64,000 bases of DNA from a virus. Taxonomy: Duplodnaviria; Caudoviricetes. Positions 47,801 through 57,828 of this stretch are shown here, one piece after another. The translations under genes and the position numbers were made by a program. The notes under the pieces were generated by a model that saw only the letters and a list, made by a program, of their open reading frames with translations, had not been told where the DNA came from and searched no databases. The number at the start of each line of letters is the position of its first letter. Position 1 is the stretch's first letter. The stretch lies in the IMG/VR virus record IMGVR_UViG_3300034161_000008, positions 1 to 64,000 of that record. One strand, 5' to 3'.

Positions 47801-49146
47801 CCGTCAGGCGCAGGCAGTTTACGGAAGGTCGAAGCGCGTTCGATGTAGCGCTTGTATTCCTTGGCTGACATACCAGTCAAAGCCAGCTTGTCGCACAGAG
47901 CTACGATGCCGTCTTCAGGAGCACCTAAGCCCTTCGATACGATTTCGATCTCGTGCTGCTCACCGTCTTCATTGACATCCGGTGCCACCAACTCCAAAGC
48001 AGAGAGGTCTTTCTCAAGCTGGGCTTCTTCAGCCTCAGAATGAGTTATGTCCTCTGGGCGCGTTGTTGCGCCTTCAAGATCCCCCGTTTCGTGCGGGAGT
48101 TCTGTCTGTTCGGTTTTGGTGTGGAAGACGCCTGTTTCAGGGTCAAGTACCGGGATCGATGCAGGGACAACTGTAACCGTTGCTGTTGGGTCTTTTGGTT
48201 TAGTAGACTCTGACCCTTCGGACTTTGGGTCAGTTGCATCGCCTTCGCCAGAGCCGCGAACTTCGAAGACCGCCATCGCCATCCGCAGGACGCGACGTTG
48301 GAGTTGCGACGGGTCGAGCCCTTTGATGTTGGTGGGTCGTAACTCTTCAGGGTGATCTTTCGCATACGCCAACTCTTCCTTGGAGGATTTGCGCCACTTG
48401 TCCAACAGACCCAAGTTCACCGCAAACCAACGACCCGATTCCTGGAACACGAGGTTGACTCGGTCCATTTTCTCAGGTGGGCAGTTGTTCAGCACGGAGT
48501 CTGCACGGTTGTCGCCCAACCACTTCCACAGCTCCAGCAGGAACAACGACTCTTGGTCCGGGAACAGCTTGAGGACTTTTTGAGTGATGCCAGCCGAAGC
48601 AATGTTCAGGTTTGGGATCGATGGCAGGATCAACGGCAGTTTGCAGAAGATGAACTGGTTGCGATCGGTAGTCGTAGCAATCTCTGCCACGTTCTTCCAC
48701 AGCGCAGCCTGGATGTTCCACCACTTGTAATACTCGGAGTAGAACGAGCGTTGGTAGCGGTACATCCGTGGCAACAAACCGTAGCTATAAACAGCCAACA
48801 TCAGTTCGTCACGAGTCGCCGTTTCCAGCGACTTCATCTTGCGCACACGGCGGTTCTTGATGTGGTAGCTGTTGATCAGTGGACCGGGAGCCATTGGCAG
48901 CTTGCGCGGCGAGCCCTTGGTGTCACCGATCTCAGTCACGAAGCCCAGCATTACAGGCTTGGTGTTGTTGCGGAACAGGAAGTCATCGCCAGCCGGACCC
49001 AAGTCTCCCACGTCACCACCAACGTAGTGCAGCAAAGAACGCTTAGGCAACTCCAGCGTTTGAATCATTGGCAGTGGTGGAGACATCAACTGCTCCACCC
49101 GACGCACGCCATTTTTACGATACCAAGTTTCGTAAAGTTGCTGCAC
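44857..49146 (-). CDS. Virion RNA polymerase beta subunit (phiKZ gp178-like)
   Basis: 1429 aa with RpoB-like motifs: SESTVDSSDVAIN, NFAAIQQSH, VRTGYE, GDKGVFGNQLKTVI, IDAIF. Confidence 0.92.
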   Translation of the reverse strand: MQQLYETWYRKNGVRRVEQLMSPPLPMIQTLELPKRSLLHYVGGDVGDLGPAGDDFLFRNNTKPVMLGFVTEIGDTKGSPRKLPMAPGPLINSYHIKNRRVRKMKSLETATRDELMLAVYSYGLLPRMYRYQRSFYSEYYKWWNIQAALWKNVAEIATTTDRNQFIFCKLPLILPSIPNLNIASAGITQKVLKLFPDQESLFLLELWKWLGDNRADSVLNNCPPEKMDRVNLVFQESGRWFAVNLGLLDKWRKSSKEELAYAKDHPEELRPTNIKGLDPSQLQRRVLRMAMAVFEVRGSGEGDATDPKSEGSESTKPKDPTATVTVVPASIPVLDPETGVFHTKTEQTELPHETGDLEGATTRPEDITHSEAEEAQLEKDLSALELVAPDVNEDGEQHEIEIVSKGLGAPEDGIVALCDKLALTGMSAKEYKRYIERASTFRKLPAPDGKGTLAEFIHIDPEVLMIHESPSIPDIATVPDKTMLKSSLLEFDEKYIQQVLPKDIAGMVMMFQNAGTIVSDYQVERMEDVTGAYDSFTVRLEPVEGATGNWRFKIPVFEEDGTYTANGTKYRLRKQRGDMPIRKVAPDKVALTSYFGKLFVMRSAKQVNNYQDWLCNQIMAKGLDDEDDSITNLKPTDVFDPRFECPKVYSTIAMQFKSFTVKGFDFSWDQTKRATLYGEAAIEQYEKDGVVLCAKNPKTGQMLVMDTGGELYIVDGDTIVEFYPIETLIGLDVHKAPVEFTELKVRGRTVPLAIILGYEMGLDKLLRLLKVQPRRVPAGQRVQMEQHEYSIVFADETLVFLKDDRYASLILAGFNEFHRAIRQYSVYEFDKPGVYLSVLDQGGGGARTIREIDLMYRMFVEPITRDLLIEMGEPTDFRGLLLRSAEMLMTDTHPDELDSEFMRIKGYERVAGAVYAEMVKGLRDHSGRPGRAKQPIDINPFAVWKAIATDPSVALVVDINPIQNLKEQEAVTYSGTGGRNSRSMTKKTRLYHPNDMGTISESTVDSSDVAINTQTSADPQFTSLRGASRRYVNGKTGATALLSTTSLLQVGTDQDDPKRANFAAIQQSHGVACLGYVSSPVRTGYEQVLAHRTSDLFAYTARKDGKVIDVTPTGIVVEYNDGETRGIELGRRYGNAAGLVIPHEVRTDLKVGAKFKKGAVLSYNSDFFERDILDPNNVVWKAGVMVNTAIFESTDTLEDSSVIAKRISAQLTTKITKVRTIVVNFEQSVARLVKVGASVEGEDILCTIEDAVTANTGLFDAESLDTLRLLGAQTPTAKAHGTVERIEVFYHGDKEDMTESLQAIASSADRALAQRSKSQGKRVLNGSVDESFRVDGNPLMLDTMAIRIYITGDVAMGVGDKGVFGNQLKTVIGRVMDDDTTTEDGTPIDAIFGYMSISARIVLSPEIIGTTTTLLDVIGKQAAKIYKGK

Positions 49147-49148
49147 GG

Positions 49149-50771
49149 TTAATCCCCAGTCATGTTGTGCATCACGAGATCGACAGTCATTACGCTGATA
49201 CTGGCCAAGAAACGACCATCCGTTCCAACGTATGCTTTCTTGGTTTGCAAGAACGCATTGACTTCTGCAATGGACTCGTCTGAATACGTGGCGTTACCTG
49301 ACGCAGTGTCGCCGTCAAAGTCAGCACCCAAAGCCTCCAAGTGGGCCGAGTGCGGAACCAACGAATCCAAGAACTCGCCACCGGCGATAGGAAACTCGTA
49401 AGCGGTGAAAGATTCATCTTGAGGTTCCCAGCCAGTGGAAAGCTCGCGACGTTGTTCGGCTTTAATCGTGGTGCGAACGTAAGCGATCGATGGATAGATC
49501 GAACCTACGCCAGTCACCGGGTAACGGGTCACAAACAGAGGATGCTTGTTGATCACGCGGTAGGTGGACAGATACAGCAATTCAGCGAACGTCAGTGGGT
49601 GCACGTCTTTTGGATCGCGAGACTCTGGCAACTCATCGATGGAGTGCATCAGCTTGAACGTGCCGTCCGGTCCTTTATACACCAGACCTACGTAGCGCCC
49701 ATCAATCTCTAGTGGCTTGTGGCGGAGCGACAAGTCAAAGAAACTGGTGATGACCTTTTCCAAACCCTCGTCTGTAGCCCAGCGGTCAAAGTGCTGAGAC
49801 TTCAGCTGCACCAACTCTGTCTTGAGAGTCTTCTTGTTGACCAGCACCGCAGGGGAGCTGACCGAACGGAAGACCTCACTCAAGAACCCGTTACGCAAAT
49901 GGTAACGAGCCACAGGCATAATTGCCTTGAGCATTTGGTACAGACCCAACACCGTGCTATTAAAGCCAGGGTTGCCGGGAGCCCCGAGATACGGAGATGC
50001 TGTGTCCATCGCGGTAATCACGTTACGCGTACCGTTGAAGATACGTCGCGAACCGTACTTGCCGAGGATCAGCTTCTTCTTACCTTCGAGCATGTTCTCG
50101 ATGGTGTCGTACAACTCGTTGAACTTGGACTGCATGTTCCAGCGCGCAGTGTTCGATTGCTCTGGGTTCAGACGAATTGCAGCATCAGTAATCGTGTTGG
50201 ACACACCCAGCAAAGCACGGTAGAGGGAGTTGATCTCATCCTCTTTCATGCGGCCGGAGTCGTCCACTTCTAAGTCGCGCATACCCGCAGGCATAACGAC
50301 GATTTTAGAAGTCATGGCCTTGTCTTTGTATTTCTCGATGATTTTGATGTTCTGTTCACGAGACGTACTTTTCGACAGGCCGTGGTTGATGTCCTTCCAG
50401 TGGTTCAGGAAGAAGTGAAAACCAGTCTTGCCGTTGACAGGGTCAGACTTCTCAAAGTCCTTTACCGTGGGGTCCCAGATAGCGTGTTCTTGCCCGGAGA
50501 TGATCCCAGCATACAGCCGCTTCAAAGCTACGATTGCACGAAACACAATCGGGTGAAAGATCTCAACCTTGATGTCGATGTAGGAGAATCGCATCGAACG
50601 ACGCTCATCTCCTACACGACCAAAGATAGATGTTGAAAACAACCCATTCTCATGGAAATTGTCGCTTGCCCCGTCGAAGATGTCCAGAACGGTGACAGGC
50701 TTGAGCCCACTCAATCGCTGCGGGTTCAGCTCCAACAACGAGACATTGAAGGGGATCTGTTGTCTTTTCAT
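49149..50771 (-). CDS. Virion RNA polymerase beta' subunit (phiKZ gp180-like)
   Basis: Catalytic GADFDGD, RIFNGTRNVIT, VTRYPV. Confidence 0.92.
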   Translation of the reverse strand: MKRQQIPFNVSLLELNPQRLSGLKPVTVLDIFDGASDNFHENGLFSTSIFGRVGDERRSMRFSYIDIKVEIFHPIVFRAIVALKRLYAGIISGQEHAIWDPTVKDFEKSDPVNGKTGFHFFLNHWKDINHGLSKSTSREQNIKIIEKYKDKAMTSKIVVMPAGMRDLEVDDSGRMKEDEINSLYRALLGVSNTITDAAIRLNPEQSNTARWNMQSKFNELYDTIENMLEGKKKLILGKYGSRRIFNGTRNVITAMDTASPYLGAPGNPGFNSTVLGLYQMLKAIMPVARYHLRNGFLSEVFRSVSSPAVLVNKKTLKTELVQLKSQHFDRWATDEGLEKVITSFFDLSLRHKPLEIDGRYVGLVYKGPDGTFKLMHSIDELPESRDPKDVHPLTFAELLYLSTYRVINKHPLFVTRYPVTGVGSIYPSIAYVRTTIKAEQRRELSTGWEPQDESFTAYEFPIAGGEFLDSLVPHSAHLEALGADFDGDTASGNATYSDESIAEVNAFLQTKKAYVGTDGRFLASISVMTVDLVMHNMTGD

Positions 50772-50840
50772 TTAAGAAAGCTCCGGCCCAACACTGAAAT
50801 TATGAGAGCTGTAAGAATTAATGCCCACTAGGAGCACGTC

Positions 50841-53800
50841 ATGGCCACTAAAAAGGGCGGACCAGGCAACTTCGAGGCGGATGACTACGATTTCGATAGC
50901 GGTCTGGACATGCCAGACTTTGACTTCGATGCCAAAGAGCCGCCCGACAATCGAAAGCCTACGACCAAGATCGCAACAAGCTTCGCAGCCGGTGCCAAAG
51001 ACGCTGTTCTCAGCGGTAGTTTTTTGCGTAACCAGATCAAGCGAAATCTTCCACAGGGGTATGGCAAAGGTCTTGATTTAGCGGACCAAAGCGTAGCCAC
51101 CCTCAGGAACCTATACAATACTAGCGCCACCGAGCTTAAGCCGATGGTCAGCGAGCTTAAGCGCACGACCAAGCGCATTATGCCCGCCGCTAGTAAGTTC
51201 ATGCCTAAAGGTGCGGCAGATTTGCTCACCCAGTGGTCGAACAATGAAGACAAAAAAGGTGGCACCCTTAGCGCTGACCAGATCCGTGAAGACGGTCTGA
51301 ACTCGCAACTGGGCGACATCTTTAAGTATCAGCAACAGCAGGAAGGCCAGAACAAAGCAGAGGCTGACGCTAAGGCAGGGATCAACGAGCAGATCGCTCT
51401 GTCCCGCCACCGCGACCAGCTCGGCCAGCTCGATGCCATCCGTCTGTCCACCAGTGCCCTGCAACAGTATCAGGACAAAGTCACGTCCCAGTACCAGCGC
51501 AAGTCTCTGGAGCTGCAATACCGTTCGTACTTCGTAGCCATGGATGCGCTCGAAGAACAAAAGAAAGTCAACGTCACAACCACCGAACAACTGGCTAACA
51601 TTGCCAAGAACACAGCATTGCCGGAATATGTAAAGATTACCCAATCTGAGCGTGCTGCCGAGATGCTGCGTAACAAGTTCATGTCCGGTGTGGCTGACAC
51701 GATCTTCAACAAGCGCAATGGATTCTTGCGTGACTTCCAGAAGAACTTGGTCAAGGGTGTCAAAACCCGAGTCGGGGACTTCGCCAGTAATGTTCGCTCA
51801 GGCATCAGTGCCGCAGACTCAATCCTCGACATCCAAGAGATGCAAAACGAGATGGGTGGTGGTCCGGAAGCTTCCGAGATCATTGCGAACATGGCGGGTG
51901 GTGCAGTTGGTGATTCCCTGGGCGGTCGTCTGGGTAAAGCCATCGGCAAGGTGCTCAAGAAGAACAAAGGCGTGCGTAAGTTTGGCAACAAGCTTGCGTA
52001 TACCGCTGAGAACCTCCCACAGACCGCCTGGGACTACGCAGAAGGTAACAAGCATGATGACGCACCTATTATTGGTGGCATCGTCAGGCTCATCAAGGAA
52101 GCTGCTGGCAACGGTCGTGCAGACAACTCGATGGACGTTGATTCCCTGAAGTCGATGCAACAACCGGGGATCTTTACCAACCAAACCCGCAAGACGATCA
52201 ACGAAGTTATTCCGGGTCTCTTGGCACGCATGTATCAAGAGCTCCAGATCATCCGTACAGGCGACTCGTCTATCGACCTGATGCGGTATGACTTCAAAAA
52301 GAACAAGTTTGCTGCGGACAAAACAATCCGTCAGGAAGCTTACTCCAAACTGGTCTCCAAGTCTGACATTGACTCGCACCAAGAGGACGTCGACAAACTC
52401 CTCAACGAAGTCGATCCAGAAAAAACCAAGCTGTCGCCTGAAGCACGCAAAGCATTGGGTCAACAACTGCTTCGAGATAACCTCAAGAACAAGTTGGCCT
52501 CTCCGGAACGTCTCTCTGACTACAACACGTGGTCGGGTGGTGCAACGGGTGCGCATGCTGATAACATCTCTGAAGTTTTCGGCGAACACTTTAAAGGTGA
52601 CGACGAAGGCGCCCGTGCTCTGAAGTTCTCCCAAGGCTACAACCGCCTTGGTCGTGGGTTCTCCGATACACGGGAGCAAACCCAAGAGTACCTCAACGCA
52701 GGTTTCCATGACTTGTTGAGAGACATGGGGCTGCTGGGTGATGATGGGCAGTTCGACCAAAACAAACTGGTGGACTACTACAATGGTTCTGCAACCTACG
52801 ATGCCAAAGGCTCACTCGCAACTGGTGGTGTCCGTAAGCGGGGACTTGGTGGGCCACGTGGTGGTAAGCCTGGTCCTCGCAACAACGGACCTCAACCTCG
52901 CGGTCCAGTACCTCCAACTCCATCAGGCCCAACTGATGGCGGACTGGTGGGTCGCCTCGACACTTCGAAACTTGAGTCCCTGGTCTCGGAAACCTCAGTC
53001 AAGTCTGAAGTAACTCAGATCGTTGACATCCTCACCAAGATCGCTGCTGGTCTGGAAAAGGGTATCAACCTGAACCTGACTGACGACGACGCTGATCCAG
53101 ATTCTGTCCGTGGCCGTAAACGCAAGAAGTTCTCCGACTACACTGTCAAAGATGGTATCGACGGTGCTGCTGGTGGTTTGCGTTGGGGCTTTAATAAAGG
53201 CAGCAAGTTTGCCAACGAGCTGTATGGCAATGCTTTCTCTGCGGGCAAGAAGGCGTGGGGCGGTATCAAGTCTGGTTTCGGCAAGGGTAAGGATTGGGCC
53301 AAAGGTAAGCTTGACGATTTCTCCGACGTTTATATCGACGGCAAAGTCACACCACTCTTGCAATCCTGGAGACTCAAGGGCGGCAAGTACAAGGATGAGG
53401 CTACTGGCCTGATCCTCAAGAAGTGGAGCGACGCAACTGGAGCTATCCGGGACATCGAAACAGGTGAGCTGATTACGCCTGAGCAGATGAAAGACGCCTT
53501 CTCCAAAACCAAGTACGGCAAAGCGTTGTTCACGAAAGTGGCTGAGCTTAAAGACTGGGGGATGAAGAAGCTGGGTCAGGGCATCACCATGGCAAACACC
53601 GTTTATGGCGGTGCATGGACTCTGGCTAAGCACGCCTATGGTCTCCTCGACCAACCGTGTGATGTTTACGTACAGGGCCGTTCTGAGCCTGTGCTGCTTG
53701 CGATGATGATGCGTGCTGGTAACGCTTACTTCTCCAAGCTGAACAAACACCCGATCACCAAACCTAGCCAGATTGACGGGCCGGTGGTGAACGAGAAAGG

Positions 53801-56800
53801 CGAGGAAGTTCTGACGGAGGAGATGCTCAAAGGCGGGATCTACGGTCAAGACGGTAAGGTGCTCAAAACAGGCTGGCGTAAAGCGCTTCAGTTTGGGGTG
53901 GACATTGCAACCAAAGGCTGGGACCGCCTGAAGAAGATGGGCAAGTGGGCTAAGGACAAAGCAACCGGTTTGTACAACGGAGCTTCTGATCTCTTGGGTG
54001 GTGCTATCGGCAAGATCACAGGACCAGACGGTCTGATTGTTGCTGGCGGCTCCAAGATCCATGACGTGCTCATCGACATCTACAACTTGCTCGATATGCG
54101 ACTGAAAGGGAAACCTACAGGTCTGCACGCTGGGCAAGGCTCCACAGGCGGCAAAGGTGGTGGTATCGCTAGCGGTGCTTCTCGTCTGCGTCAGGGTCTG
54201 AAAGAACGTTTCAAAGAAGCCAAGCTTGAAGAGAAGCTTGAGGCTGCTAAAGCCAAAGTCAAGAAGGTTGTAGGGGATCTTGACGGTGACGGCATTCGCG
54301 ACGGTAGCTGGCAGGACACCGCCCGCAAGAAAGCTCAACTCGCCCGCGACAAACTGACCTCCCTCGGTAGTCAGGGTCGTGACAAAGGTGAAGGCCTTTT
54401 TGCCAAGGGTAAAGGTGGTTTGGCATCCCTGTTGGCTGGCTGGCGTAAAAAAGATGAAGATAAGAAAGAGGACGACAAAGGGGAAGATTCCAGCCTTGAT
54501 CTGGGCGATGGTCCTGAGAAGGAGTCCAAAGCCGACAAGCGTGCGCGCAAGCGTGCTGAACGTCGTCGCATGTCTCGAGCTCGAGCTCGTCCTGGTATGG
54601 GCGGTCGCTTCGCTCGTGGAGCTGCTCGTGGCCGTACCGCAGCTGGGATGCTTGGTCGTGGTTTGGGAACTGCTGCTCGCGTCGCAGGTTCTGGTCTGGG
54701 TAGCACTGCTATGGGTGCCGCTCGATTAGGTGGTGCTGCGCTGATGGGTGGTGGCGGCCTGGCAGTCGATTTGGCTGTAGGTGCTGCTGGCATGATCCCA
54801 GGTTTGGTTGGTGGGGTTATGGGTGTTGGTGGTGCGCTGTTGTCTGGTGCTGCTGCATTGCTTGCGTCTCCTGTTGTATTGGGGGCGCTGGCAGTTGGTG
54901 CATTGGGTGCTGCCGCGTACTACGGCTACAAGTACCTGACTAAGAAGCGCCTGGATACCTTGAGCACAGTGCGTTACGCTCAGTATGGTTTCATCGCTTC
55001 CGACGAAGATCACTTGCAACCAGTGATGGGTCTGGAAGACAAAGTGTTCAAAGGCGTTAAGTTCACTGACGGGGTGGCAACACTCTCGATGGATGGGCTG
55101 GACGTTAAAGACATGGCGGAATCTTTCGGGGTCGATCTCAAGAACGCTGCCCAAGTCAACTCTTGGTTTGGCTGGTTCAAAGACCGTTTCAAACCTGTGT
55201 ATTTGACAGCGTTGACTGCGGCCTACAAAACGAACCCTAAAGTCAAACTCGAAGACGTAGACAAAGACCTGTCGGCCACTGAGCGACAAACGTTCTTGAA
55301 CTTGTCTAAGTTCTTGGAAGGTCCGTACAACGTCCTCAACTCTCCGTTCGATGCTACGAAGTTGTTGCAGGCTGATTACTCGGTGGTGAAAACTGCTGTG
55401 GAACTGGCTGAAGCAACCATCGCTAAACTGGTAGCGGATCATCCTGCTACAGAAGCTGAGAAGCTCGCACAAGCTGCTGCATTGGGCAAAGGCGCAGCGA
55501 CGATGGATCAACTTAAGGACGCAGAGGGTAACCGCTTTAAGACAGACGCTGAAAAGGCGGCGTACGACAAAGCACATCCGAAGATCAATGCGGGCAACCG
55601 CATGCTAATCGGCGGTGGGATGGGTGCGGCTACAGCTTTGACCATAGCGGGTGCAAACCTGCCGAAGTCGCGTATCCAGGATGGTAAAGTCGATGCTCTG
55701 ACGTGCGTTCGTTACAAGACGTACGGTTTGGTTGAGATGGAACTGCCTAAAGTGAAGGCTATCGATGCGCTCGAAATGGCGATGGAGAAAGACCTGACCT
55801 TTGGCTCCACTGGTATTGCGACGTGGAAAGGCGACCCTAACGTACTGATGACCGCTCATGGTGGTGACTTCGGTGTCGTGGGGACAACTAACCAGAAGGC
55901 TCAGGATTGGCTGGCGTGGTTTAACTACCGCTACCTCCCGACGTACCTGAACTATGCGACGTCTATCAAACGCAACACTGGTAAGGAATCACCCTCCCAA
56001 GGTTCGGACGCTTTGAAACCGGTCCAAGCCATTGACGTAGCCACAGCGATCTACACCACCACGTCGGCTTACGACTCCCGGATGCTTCCTGTCTGGACGG
56101 TGACTCGCTCGCCATTCTTTGGCTACGTTCTGAACGGTGACGTTAAGTCCGTTGATGCGAACATGCAGGCGTTGAAAAACGTAGCTAAGTCGGTAATCCT
56201 CAACGAGGCGAAAGGGAAGATCACTGACGATACTCTGAACAAACCAGAGAACGCGTTGCTCAAAAAGCAGATCGACCAATACGCACCGAAGAAAGGGGTT
56301 GATTTCAGCAAGAACCCATCGATGCTGCTCTCGACGGTTGAGAAAGGCAAGAACATGGACATGACCAAGTTCACCGGCGCTTATCGCGGTGGCCAAGGTC
56401 AGGGTTACTCGATGTTGCTTAACGGGGCTGGTGGTTACACCGGCGGCGGTGCTGTAAACCATCCGGGTAATGGTACTGGCGGAGACATCAACAAACTGCC
56501 AGATGCTACGGGCAAAGGCTGGGCAGCAACCAAAGACACCATTATGGGTGCTGCTGCAATGGCGGGGGTTGATCCAAGTCTGATGGCGGCCATTGCTGCT
56601 GTTGAGTCTGGGTTCGATCCTAAGGTCGGTGCGGGTACTTCGTCGGCTACAGGTCTCTATCAGTTCATCGATAGTACGTGGAAATCGATGTTGTCCAAGT
56701 ATGGTGCCAAGTACGGGATTGATCCTAGTACCAAGCCTACTGACGCACGAGCTAACGCCTTGCTGGGTGCGGAGTTCATGAAGGAGAACATGGCGTCGCT

Positions 56801-57761
56801 GAAAAGCTCGCTTGATCGCCCTATCACGGACGTGGACGTTTACATGGCTCACTTCCTCGGCCCTTCTGGGGCTAAGAAGTTCCTGTCGGCAAGTCCTAAC
56901 ACGATCGCTGCGCAACTGATGCCTGATGCGGCTAGTGCGAACCAACCTATCTTCTACGATGGTAGTCGCGCTCGTACGACTGGTGAAATCTACCAGTTGC
57001 TCGGTAACCGTATCAAGACTCGTCTCGGCGAGTTTGGTGTCAAGGTGGGCGCTGCTGCTGCTGCTGCCCCAGCAACTCCGGGCGGCATGCCAGCACTCCC
57101 ACCTGCTGCAAACGATCCATCCGCTACTCCATCGGCTGCTCCTGCTGTTCCGTCGATGCTTGCTCCAATGGGTCCAAAAGCGTCGGGGGCTCCTGCTCCT
57201 GAAGGCATGACGCTACCGGGCCCAACGTCTGCTGAGATTGCAGCGAAGAAAGCTTACGACATTGCAAACCCACTGCAAGCTACTCCTGCGGTGTTGGCTG
57301 CCCGTAAGCAGACTGAAGATGCGATGAATGAGTCCGCGCCTGCCGCGGCTCCCGCCTCTACTGCGAACCCTCTGGGGATCAAAGTACGAGACACCTCCCC
57401 TGCTCCTGTAGCTGCCTCCATGGGCAGTCAGGTTCCTGCTGCGGTGCCTTCGGGTCCGTCGGTAGATCCTGAGGTAGGTCGTTCTCTCATGGCGCTCTCT
57501 CCTCGTGCTCGTAACGGCGAGACTCAGCAGGCTGATAGTGCAGCTTCTGTTGCCGCTGCCGCAAACGGTACTACCGCTGCGGTTCTGGCAGGTAACGAGA
57601 TCGCGACAGCACAGCTTGATGTAATGAAGCAAGTGTTGGCTGAGATCAAACGGAATGGTTCGGGCAACCCAATGACGCAGCAAAGCGGTGCCCCACAGGC
57701 ACAACCCCGCCAAGCTGGTTTGACGCCAACGGGTCCGATCAGTCTGAAGAAGCCTGCGTAA
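50841..57761 (+). CDS. Tape-measure-like tail protein with C-terminal lytic transglycosylase (phiKZ gp181-like)
   Basis: 2306 aa. SLT motifs AAIAAVESGF and ATGLYQFIDSTW, later YMAHFLG. G/A-rich hydrophobic stretch. Divergent from vRNAP beta'. Confidence 0.9.
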   Translation: MATKKGGPGNFEADDYDFDSGLDMPDFDFDAKEPPDNRKPTTKIATSFAAGAKDAVLSGSFLRNQIKRNLPQGYGKGLDLADQSVATLRNLYNTSATELKPMVSELKRTTKRIMPAASKFMPKGAADLLTQWSNNEDKKGGTLSADQIREDGLNSQLGDIFKYQQQQEGQNKAEADAKAGINEQIALSRHRDQLGQLDAIRLSTSALQQYQDKVTSQYQRKSLELQYRSYFVAMDALEEQKKVNVTTTEQLANIAKNTALPEYVKITQSERAAEMLRNKFMSGVADTIFNKRNGFLRDFQKNLVKGVKTRVGDFASNVRSGISAADSILDIQEMQNEMGGGPEASEIIANMAGGAVGDSLGGRLGKAIGKVLKKNKGVRKFGNKLAYTAENLPQTAWDYAEGNKHDDAPIIGGIVRLIKEAAGNGRADNSMDVDSLKSMQQPGIFTNQTRKTINEVIPGLLARMYQELQIIRTGDSSIDLMRYDFKKNKFAADKTIRQEAYSKLVSKSDIDSHQEDVDKLLNEVDPEKTKLSPEARKALGQQLLRDNLKNKLASPERLSDYNTWSGGATGAHADNISEVFGEHFKGDDEGARALKFSQGYNRLGRGFSDTREQTQEYLNAGFHDLLRDMGLLGDDGQFDQNKLVDYYNGSATYDAKGSLATGGVRKRGLGGPRGGKPGPRNNGPQPRGPVPPTPSGPTDGGLVGRLDTSKLESLVSETSVKSEVTQIVDILTKIAAGLEKGINLNLTDDDADPDSVRGRKRKKFSDYTVKDGIDGAAGGLRWGFNKGSKFANELYGNAFSAGKKAWGGIKSGFGKGKDWAKGKLDDFSDVYIDGKVTPLLQSWRLKGGKYKDEATGLILKKWSDATGAIRDIETGELITPEQMKDAFSKTKYGKALFTKVAELKDWGMKKLGQGITMANTVYGGAWTLAKHAYGLLDQPCDVYVQGRSEPVLLAMMMRAGNAYFSKLNKHPITKPSQIDGPVVNEKGEEVLTEEMLKGGIYGQDGKVLKTGWRKALQFGVDIATKGWDRLKKMGKWAKDKATGLYNGASDLLGGAIGKITGPDGLIVAGGSKIHDVLIDIYNLLDMRLKGKPTGLHAGQGSTGGKGGGIASGASRLRQGLKERFKEAKLEEKLEAAKAKVKKVVGDLDGDGIRDGSWQDTARKKAQLARDKLTSLGSQGRDKGEGLFAKGKGGLASLLAGWRKKDEDKKEDDKGEDSSLDLGDGPEKESKADKRARKRAERRRMSRARARPGMGGRFARGAARGRTAAGMLGRGLGTAARVAGSGLGSTAMGAARLGGAALMGGGGLAVDLAVGAAGMIPGLVGGVMGVGGALLSGAAALLASPVVLGALAVGALGAAAYYGYKYLTKKRLDTLSTVRYAQYGFIASDEDHLQPVMGLEDKVFKGVKFTDGVATLSMDGLDVKDMAESFGVDLKNAAQVNSWFGWFKDRFKPVYLTALTAAYKTNPKVKLEDVDKDLSATERQTFLNLSKFLEGPYNVLNSPFDATKLLQADYSVVKTAVELAEATIAKLVADHPATEAEKLAQAAALGKGAATMDQLKDAEGNRFKTDAEKAAYDKAHPKINAGNRMLIGGGMGAATALTIAGANLPKSRIQDGKVDALTCVRYKTYGLVEMELPKVKAIDALEMAMEKDLTFGSTGIATWKGDPNVLMTAHGGDFGVVGTTNQKAQDWLAWFNYRYLPTYLNYATSIKRNTGKESPSQGSDALKPVQAIDVATAIYTTTSAYDSRMLPVWTVTRSPFFGYVLNGDVKSVDANMQALKNVAKSVILNEAKGKITDDTLNKPENALLKKQIDQYAPKKGVDFSKNPSMLLSTVEKGKNMDMTKFTGAYRGGQGQGYSMLLNGAGGYTGGGAVNHPGNGTGGDINKLPDATGKGWAATKDTIMGAAAMAGVDPSLMAAIAAVESGFDPKVGAGTSSATGLYQFIDSTWKSMLSKYGAKYGIDPSTKPTDARANALLGAEFMKENMASLKSSLDRPITDVDVYMAHFLGPSGAKKFLSASPNTIAAQLMPDAASANQPIFYDGSRARTTGEIYQLLGNRIKTRLGEFGVKVGAAAAAAPATPGGMPALPPAANDPSATPSAAPAVPSMLAPMGPKASGAPAPEGMTLPGPTSAEIAAKKAYDIANPLQATPAVLAARKQTEDAMNESAPAAAPASTANPLGIKVRDTSPAPVAASMGSQVPAAVPSGPSVDPEVGRSLMALSPRARNGETQQADSAASVAAAANGTTAAVLAGNEIATAQLDVMKQVLAEIKRNGSGNPMTQQSGAPQAQPRQAGLTPTGPISLKKPA

Positions 57762-57828
57762 ACGGTCATCGATCCCACAAGGACGTGGGATTGTATGATT
57801 ATCTTTAACTCTTGTTAGGAGTAGGAAA

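Noticed and set aside
1172-50771. Introns, inteins or homing endonucleases in RNAP, PolB or terminase, common in this phage family
   Set aside because: All these ORFs are continuous and of expected size, and no intein termini or LAGLIDADG/HNH/GIY-YIG motifs are seen.
34940-57800. Individual TATG late-promoter calls upstream of the sheath (about 34950), tape measure (about 50801) and gp182-like gene (about 57794)
   Set aside because: Positions are plausible, but a 4-mer is too frequent to support individual calls without TSS data.
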